DNA of 64,000 nucleotides from Mytilus trossulus (Eukaryota), in assembly GCF_036588685.1 (NCBI RefSeq), contig NC_086381.1, positions 27,962,001-28,026,000 of the forward strand, written 5' to 3'. The position numbers and the translations under genes were made by a program. Positions within the stretch are counted from its first letter, which is position 1. Each line of letters opens with the position of its first letter. This document shows, piece by piece, positions 53,247 to 64,000 of the stretch. The notes under the pieces were generated by a model, which did no database searches, was not told the DNA's origin, and saw nothing but the letters and a program-made list of their open reading frames with translations.

Positions 53247-54872
53247 ACTGACCTTTACTCTATACAATAACGGCCCTTTTAAGGGCCACCAATATTTTCC
53301 AAAAAGAGTCTGAATATGTTGTACATCAAAATCAAAAATAGCTGAAACCCCCTCTCCACATCTTTCTTTATTTTTCTTTCTCTCCACATCTCTCTTTATT
53401 CTTCTTTCTTATTATCTTTTTTTTTTGCACTTAAGATTAGACAAGTCAGGTTACTGTATTGATAGGAGAAAAATATAGAGAAACTTATTTCAAAACATGC
53501 AAAGAAAATAAATAAAAGGATAAATAGAGAGAGAGACATACATATTTTTTATTTATCTAATTCTTCCAAATCCTTCGGGAAAAAACAAGAATGTTATACA
53601 TTTTCTGGTATACCCTCCTGAAAAAATTAACATACATGTATACATTTAAATAAAAAAAAAAAGGTAAGAAAAAACATACTCCAAGAACAATACAATCCAT
53701 CTTCTAATTACAGAATTATTAAAATGTATTTCTTTCTAATTTCTGTGGTTATATTTTTCTCTAAATTGCATTTTTCTCGGTCTTATTTTCTCACTTATTT
53801 TTTAGATGCTTTTTGTATGTAATTTTTACTCATATTGTGTATTCTACTGTGACAACATGAGAAGATTCAATTATTTTATATTTCTGAAATATATTTTCGG
53901 TACGGGTCCAAGTAGTCCACCTTAAATTCTCATTGAAAACTTTGTCTCCATCAATTGTGTGTTACAGAAAGAACTTTTTCTTGAATACCTTTATTTTGTG
54001 CTTAAAATGCATCTATTTTGGGTGCTCTATGTGCCTTATAAATGATGTGAACATGTGTGCGGATGAATCTTTTTTTCCCATTGGTGGAGAAAAATAGACA
54101 AGGCGCAATAATTCATTCATTCAATGATGTACCAATTGTGGTATTTAAAAAGTGAGGCTGCACTGTGTACATTTCAAAAACCTATGACTACATGTATAAA
54201 GTAGCTGCTAAATTTAGAAAGATTCCTAATTAGTTGTTAAAAGATGAGCATTGATTGTATACATGTAATAATAACATGTTTGAAATGTGAATTTCCCGGG
54301 ACATCTTTATTGAAACTGGTAAAGGTGATTTTGAGAAAAATTATCATGCACACCTGTTTTTATTTACAAGTCTATCTGTCCATGCTTAAATAACTGACTG
54401 GTATGCTGTAGATTAGTTTTGCTTTTACTCTCTTAAGTCTGCAGAGCTGCAGTGGACTATCTCTGAAACTGTATCTTTTGAACAAGAAAAATACTGTATA
54501 AAAAGATTTTCTTTAAACTAATTGTTTTTATATTGCAATTGCACATTGTTAACTCCTGCTTATGTATGCAGTGTGATATGTTCTTGTATTTTAAGTAAAA
54601 GGAAATAAATCTCTTTCACATTGGAAAATATAAGAAGTATTAATTGATGATGGAGATCATTAGTTATTTGGTCCATCTCTTATAATCTTTGTATTTTTAT
54701 TTGTATACAGTTTGAAATATTTTATTTTCACATATTTTCAGAGAAGTGGATTGAAAGTGTACAGAATTCCTACAGAGTTACCTCCCCGATTTAGACGAAA
54801 ACAACCAATCAGGTCCAACCTATCAAAAATTCAGTGGTATTTCTTTTAGGGCCGCGTTCATCAGATATATAG

Positions 54873-55238
<366 letters not shown>

Positions 55239-55992
55239 ACAGCCAGCTGAAAAATACAAATACAACGGCCCTTTTCAGGGCCACCAACATTTTTCAAAAA
55301 GAATCTGCATTTGTTGTACTTAAAAAGAAAACCATAGCTTTCTCCTGTCCAACTTTCTTTACTTTCCTTTTTCTTTTATTCGTTTATTTTTTTTAATTTC
55401 TTTTCACTATTTTTATTTAAGCCTATTAAAAAAAGACCAGCAAGGCTTTGGATACAATATGATTCCTGATTTTTGAATGTAAATAACATTTTTATTCTTT
55501 ATTTCATATGTATTCTTTTATGTAAAAGATATATTGCTGATTTTTCCTCCATTGTCAAACTCTAGTTATATTGTTTTTATATCCTAAAACAATCCCCCTC
55601 CCCCTTTTTTCTCTCTGTCGACGTATGTGTGAATTTAATCTGTTCGTGATATTTTTTTATATAATGTTTCAATACATATTCAAGTATAGTTCGATTCTAG
55701 ACCCCCTCCCCCCCAAAAAAAGAGGGAAGAAATGTATAACCCGTGAAAAGGTTAAATTCTGGTGTATGTATATTTTTTCAAATCGGCTAATAAAATGAAG
55801 AATAAAGAAGAGAAAAGAAGAAAGAAAGAAAGAAAGACAAAAAGACAGAATTCAGATATAAATAAATTTGTCATTTTGGGGTGGGACACAGCTTCATTTA
55901 GAAGTTTGTTATGTACAACAATAATAAGACTCTTTTTGAAAAATATTGGTGGCCCTGAAAAGGGCCGTTTGTGAAGTTAAACTTCTCGTTGT

Positions 55993-56367
55993 TTACTTGC
56001 TGCTGGTGTACTTTGTGACGGCTTTGGTACCTTCACTGACAGCGTGCTTGGCCAATTCACCGGGTAGGAGCAGACGAACTGCAGTCTGGATCTCCCGAGA
56101 TGTGATGGTAGATCTCTTGTTGTAGTGAGCGAGACGGGAAGCTTCTGCAGCGATTCTCTCAAAGATATCGTTGACAAAACTGTTCATGATAGACATAGCC
56201 TTTGAGGATACTCCAGTGTCTGGGTGCACCTGTCTCAAGACTTTGTAGATGTAGATGGCATAGGATTCTCTCCTCTTCCTCCTCCTTTTCTTGTCACCGC
56301 CGGGTCTGGCAGTCTTTGCCTTTGTTACGGCCTTTTTGGCTCCTTTGGTTCCAACTTTTGGTGGCAT
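55993..56367 (-). CDS. H2B: Histone H2B
   Basis: Same protein as the first copy. Confidence 0.99.
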   Translation of the reverse strand: MPPKVGTKGAKKAVTKAKTARPGGDKKRRRKRRESYAIYIYKVLRQVHPDTGVSSKAMSIMNSFVNDIFERIAAEASRLAHYNKRSTITSREIQTAVRLLLPGELAKHAVSEGTKAVTKYTSSK

Positions 56368-56644
56368 TTTTGACAGATGTATACTCTCTGAAATGTAATC
56401 AGTGAATGATGGCCGTAAATAAAAATTTCTATTTATACTCGGCAAAACGGATTGAAAGTTTTTACTTAACGCGAACTTCGGAGAGAGCACCTTCTAACAT
56501 TCAACCTAACTACCTGGAAGAAGCGATGATTTGATTGGTTTAGAACTGAAACATCTTTCAATCCGTTTTGCGGGTATAAATAGTAAAATACCACCTAACG
56601 GGGTAATCATTGTTTATACTTGTTCAAGTCAAACAACGTATTAA

Positions 56645-57028
<384 letters not shown>

Positions 57029-58373
57029 AGTCAACACTACAGAAACTTCACTTACAACGGCCCTTTTCAGGGCCACCAACATTTTTCAAAAAGAATCTGA
57101 CTTTGTTGTGCAATCTCAAACATAGCTCACTCCCTCCATTTCTCTTGTCTTTATCTCTTTATTTTTCCTTTTCTTTATAAACAGCATACAGATGTCTACT
57201 TTCTTATTATATATATAACAATATTTGATGTGGAAAAAAAATGAAGAACAGTACGAGTTTCTTTTTTTCCCCTATAAAAGTCCAAGAAAATAAACAACTA
57301 TATATAAACGTAGATTCGATGAAAATGCGCAAGCACGAGAGGAAGAAAAACTCATAGTTGTTAGTGGTCAATATTGCATATATTTTTGGTGTAAATTTAG
57401 TTGCAGTCCTATATATTATACTATATAAGCACACACATTACAATCTATGACCTTATTTTTATATAATATATATTCGTTCGTTCGTTCGTTCGTTCGTTCG
57501 TTCGTTCGTTCGTTCGTTCGTTCGTTCGTTGTCTGTCTAACTGTGATCTATGTGAATTCTTTTCTTCCTCTTCTGCTGTCACATTCTCTTAGATATATAA
57601 TATATATTTTGTATTCCTATACAAAGTACTTATGCGTATGTTTATAGTTGTGTAGATTATTTTTTAGCTCAAATCCTTTGTATTTGCAAAATTCGTATAT
57701 AAACAATAAAGAATACTTCAACAATGTGCAAGTTTCCCAGTATGCGTGCAGTATACTATATAGAGAATATCATGGCTTTACATGATACAGAGACTAGAGA
57801 ATACAGACACTGTATAGCTAGAGAGAACACAAAGACTATAGAGAGGATAAAAAGTGTTCTCTTTGTTTTAAGACACTGAGACGAGTGACAATTGTGTACT
57901 ATAGTAAGCATGTCTATACGAGAAACTGGCTACACACACTAAGAAAACGGCTGCATTTCTATACCACTGGCTATTGATGAAAATGGATGGATGATGTTTT
58001 TTTTTCTCTTTTTCTTCTTCTATTTTGCTCTTTAATTTACATTTCCTGTCAATTATTAATTTCGTGTCAGACTGTTGATTAAACAATTATTTATTATTTG
58101 AATAAAGATTATTATTAAGTTCTGCATTACTCTTGATTATTATTTTTTTTGGTCTTATGTCAAATTTTCGCTGACACTATCAGAATAGAAACAAATTGTG
58201 CCAATTGTTAGCTTGGGGTGAACAATCTTTAGCTTCAGTCCAAAAAGGGATCGAAAGCTGTGAAAGTAACTTCCAGATCAGTCCAATCATAATACAGAGA
58301 TTTCAACCAATCAACGTGAGTTTTATTACCCCGAAAGGCCAATCAGTGTCGTGTTTGCAAACATTGCGGCTAG

Positions 58374-58859
<486 letters not shown>

Positions 58860-60485
58860 ACTGACCTTTACTCTATACAATAACGGCCCTTTTAAGGGCC
58901 ACCAATATTTTCCAAAAAGAGTCTGAATATGTTGTACATCAAAATCAAAAATAGCTGAAACCCCCTCTCCACATCTTTCTTTATTTTTCTTTCTCTCCAC
59001 ATCTCTCTTTATTCTTCTTTCTTATTATCTTTTTTTTTTGCACTTAAGATTAGACAAGTCAGGTTACTGTATTGATAGGAGAAAAATATAGAGAAACTTA
59101 TTTCAAAACATGCAAAGAAAATAAATAAAAGGATAAATAGAGAGAGAGACATACATATTTTTTATTTATCTAATTCTTCCAAATCCTTCGGGAAAAAACA
59201 AGAATGTTATACATTTTCTGGTATACCCTCCTGAAAAAATTAACATACATGTATACATTTAAATAAAAAAAAAAAGGTAAGAAAAAACATACTCCAAGAA
59301 CAATACAATCCATCTTCTAATTACAGAATTATTAAAATGTATTTCTTTCTAATTTCTGTGGTTATATTTTTCTCTAAATTGCATTTTTCTCGGTCTTATT
59401 TTCTCACTTATTTTTTAGATGCTTTTTGTATGTAATTTTTACTCATATTGTGTATTCTACTGTGACAACATGAGAAGATTCAATTATTTTATATTTCTGA
59501 AATATATTTTCGGTACGGGTCCAAGTAGTCCACCTTAAATTCTCATTGAAAACTTTGTCTCCATCAATTGTGTGTTACAGAAAGAACTTTTTCTTGAATA
59601 CCTTTATTTTGTGCTTAAAATGCATCTATTTTGGGTGCTCTATGTGCCTTATAAATGATGTGAACATGTGTGCGGATGAATCTTTTTTTCCCATTGGTGG
59701 AGAAAAATAGACAAGGCGCAATAATTCATTCATTCAATGATGTACCAATTGTGGTATTTAAAAAGTGAGGCTGCACTGTGTACATTTCAAAAACCTATGA
59801 CTACATGTATAAAGTAGCTGCTAAATTTAGAAAGATTCCTAATTAGTTGTTAAAAGATGAGCATTGATTGTATACATGTAATAATAACATGTTTGAAATG
59901 TGAATTTCCCGGGACATCTTTATTGAAACTGGTAAAGGTGATTTTGAGAAAAATTATCATGCACACCTGTTTTTATTTACAAGTCTATCTGTCCATGCTT
60001 AAATAACTGACTGGTATGCTGTAGATTAGTTTTGCTTTTACTCTCTTAAGTCTGCAGAGCTGCAGTGGACTATCTCTGAAACTGTATCTTTTGAACAAGA
60101 AAAATACTGTATAAAAAGATTTTCTTTAAACTAATTGTTTTTATATTGCAATTGCACATTGTTAACTCCTGCTTATGTATGCAGTGTGATATGTTCTTGT
60201 ATTTTAAGTAAAAGGAAATAAATCTCTTTCACATTGGAAAATATAAGAAGTATTAATTGATGATGGAGATCATTAGTTATTTGGTCCATCTCTTATAATC
60301 TTTGTATTTTTATTTGTATACAGTTTGAAATATTTTATTTTCACATATTTTCAGAGAAGTGGATTGAAAGTGTACAGAATTCCTACAGAGTTACCTCCCC
60401 GATTTAGACGAAAACAACCAATCAGGTCCAACCTATCAAAAATTCAGTGGTATTTCTTTTAGGGCCGCGTTCATCAGATATATAG

Positions 60486-60851
<366 letters not shown>

Positions 60852-61605
60852 ACAGCCAGCTGAAAAATACAAATACAACGGCCCTTTTCAGGGCCACCAA
60901 CATTTTTCAAAAAGAATCTGCATTTGTTGTACTTAAAAAGAAAACCATAGCTTTCTCCTGTCCAACTTTCTTTACTTTCCTTTTTCTTTTATTCGTTTAT
61001 TTTTTTTAATTTCTTTTCACTATTTTTATTTAAGCCTATTAAAAAAAGACCAGCAAGGCTTTGGATACAATATGATTCCTGATTTTTGAATGTAAATAAC
61101 ATTTTTATTCTTTATTTCATATGTATTCTTTTATGTAAAAGATATATTGCTGATTTTTCCTCCATTGTCAAACTCTAGTTATATTGTTTTTATATCCTAA
61201 AACAATCCCCCTCCCCCTTTTTTCTCTCTGTCGACGTATGTGTGAATTTAATCTGTTCGTGATATTTTTTTATATAATGTTTCAATACATATTCAAGTAT
61301 AGTTCGATTCTAGACCCCCTCCCCCCCAAAAAAAGAGGGAAGAAATGTATAACCCGTGAAAAGGTTAAATTCTGGTGTATGTATATTTTTTCAAATCGGC
61401 TAATAAAATGAAGAATAAAGAAGAGAAAAGAAGAAAGAAAGAAAGAAAGACAAAAAGACAGAATTCAGATATAAATAAATTTGTCATTTTGGGGTGGGAC
61501 ACAGCTTCATTTAGAAGTTTGTTATGTACAACAATAATAAGACTCTTTTTGAAAAATATTGGTGGCCCTGAAAAGGGCCGTTTGTGAAGTTAAACTTCTC
61601 GTTGT

Positions 61606-61980
61606 TTACTTGCTGCTGGTGTACTTTGTGACGGCTTTGGTACCTTCACTGACAGCGTGCTTGGCCAATTCACCGGGTAGGAGCAGACGAACTGCAGTCT
61701 GGATCTCCCGAGATGTGATGGTAGATCTCTTGTTGTAGTGAGCGAGACGGGAAGCTTCTGCAGCGATTCTCTCAAAGATATCGTTGACAAAACTGTTCAT
61801 GATAGACATAGCCTTTGAGGATACTCCAGTGTCTGGGTGCACCTGTCTCAAGACTTTGTAGATGTAGATGGCATAGGATTCTCTCCTCTTCCTCCTCCTT
61901 TTCTTGTCACCGCCGGGTCTGGCAGTCTTTGCCTTTGTTACGGCCTTTTTGGCTCCTTTGGTTCCAACTTTTGGTGGCAT
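61606..61980 (-). CDS. H2B: Histone H2B
   Basis: Same protein as the first copy. Confidence 0.99.
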   Translation of the reverse strand: MPPKVGTKGAKKAVTKAKTARPGGDKKRRRKRRESYAIYIYKVLRQVHPDTGVSSKAMSIMNSFVNDIFERIAAEASRLAHYNKRSTITSREIQTAVRLLLPGELAKHAVSEGTKAVTKYTSSK

Positions 61981-62257
61981 TTTTGACAGATGTATACTCT
62001 CTGAAATGTAATCAGTGAATGATGGCCGTAAATAAAAATTTCTATTTATACTCGGCAAAACGGATTGAAAGTTTTTACTTAACGCGAACTTCGGAGAGAG
62101 CACCTTCTAACATTCAACCTAACTACCTGGAAGAAGCGATGATTTGATTGGTTTAGAACTGAAACATCTTTCAATCCGTTTTGCGGGTATAAATAGTAAA
62201 ATACCACCTAACGGGGTAATCATTGTTTATACTTGTTCAAGTCAAACAACGTATTAA

Positions 62258-62641
<384 letters not shown>

Positions 62642-64000
62642 AGTCAACACTACAGAAACTTCACTTACAACGGCCCTTTTCAGGGCCACCAACATTTTTC
62701 AAAAAGAATCTGACTTTGTTGTGCAATCTCAAACATAGCTCACTCCCTCCATTTCTCTTGTCTTTATCTCTTTATTTTTCCTTTTCTTTATAAACAGCAT
62801 ACAGATGTCTACTTTCTTATTATATATATAACAATATTTGATGTGGAAAAAAAATGAAGAACAGTACGAGTTTCTTTTTTTCCCCTATAAAAGTCCAAGA
62901 AAATAAACAACTATATATAAACGTAGATTCGATGAAAATGCGCAAGCACGAGAGGAAGAAAAACTCATAGTTGTTAGTGGTCAATATTGCATATATTTTT
63001 GGTGTAAATTTAGTTGCAGTCCTATATATTATACTATATAAGCACACACATTACAATCTATGACCTTATTTTTATATAATATATATTCGTTCGTTCGTTC
63101 GTTCGTTCGTTCGTTCGTTCGTTCGTTCGTTCGTTCGTTCGTTGTCTGTCTAACTGTGATCTATGTGAATTCTTTTCTTCCTCTTCTGCTGTCACATTCT
63201 CTTAGATATATAATATATATTTTGTATTCCTATACAAAGTACTTATGCGTATGTTTATAGTTGTGTAGATTATTTTTTAGCTCAAATCCTTTGTATTTGC
63301 AAAATTCGTATATAAACAATAAAGAATACTTCAACAATGTGCAAGTTTCCCAGTATGCGTGCAGTATACTATATAGAGAATATCATGGCTTTACATGATA
63401 CAGAGACTAGAGAATACAGACACTGTATAGCTAGAGAGAACACAAAGACTATAGAGAGGATAAAAAGTGTTCTCTTTGTTTTAAGACACTGAGACGAGTG
63501 ACAATTGTGTACTATAGTAAGCATGTCTATACGAGAAACTGGCTACACACACTAAGAAAACGGCTGCATTTCTATACCACTGGCTATTGATGAAAATGGA
63601 TGGATGATGTTTTTTTTTCTCTTTTTCTTCTTCTATTTTGCTCTTTAATTTACATTTCCTGTCAATTATTAATTTCGTGTCAGACTGTTGATTAAACAAT
63701 TATTTATTATTTGAATAAAGATTATTATTAAGTTCTGCATTACTCTTGATTATTATTTTTTTTGGTCTTATGTCAAATTTTCGCTGACACTATCAGAATA
63801 GAAACAAATTGTGCCAATTGTTAGCTTGGGGTGAACAATCTTTAGCTTCAGTCCAAAAAGGGATCGAAAGCTGTGAAAGTAACTTCCAGATCAGTCCAAT
63901 CATAATACAGAGATTTCAACCAATCAACGTGAGTTTTATTACCCCGAAAGGCCAATCAGTGTCGTGTTTGCAAACATTGCGGCTAGCACAAATACACTAA

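Overview
The window is a eukaryotic tandem array of replication-dependent core histone genes. The repeat unit is about 5,613 bp and contains H3(+), H4(+), H2B(-) and H2A(+). H2A and H2B are divergent, H4 and H2B are convergent, and I find no H1 or 5S rRNA gene in the unit. About 11 nearly identical units are present. Three 100-N scaffold gaps (372-471, 23042-23141, 53105-53204) split the array into blocks, and array orientation flips at every gap. All genes are intronless and carry the histone 3' stem-loop plus a purine-rich downstream element (HDE). The H2B N-terminus and the unit layout resemble mussel (Mytilus-type) bivalve histone repeats; this is inferred from memory and was not checked by a search. 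Six copies have single-base frameshifts, concentrated toward contig ends, which are probably consensus errors. I see no new protein-coding system. The most interesting signals are cis-elements: (1) a 3' module conserved at fixed spacing beyond the HDE in all four genes; (2) a GGATYGAAAG motif about 180-200 bp upstream of all four start codons; (3) a mirror-symmetric H2A/H2B promoter; (4) two G5AG5 elements between the convergent genes; (5) a length-conserved (TTCG)14 tract in every unit.
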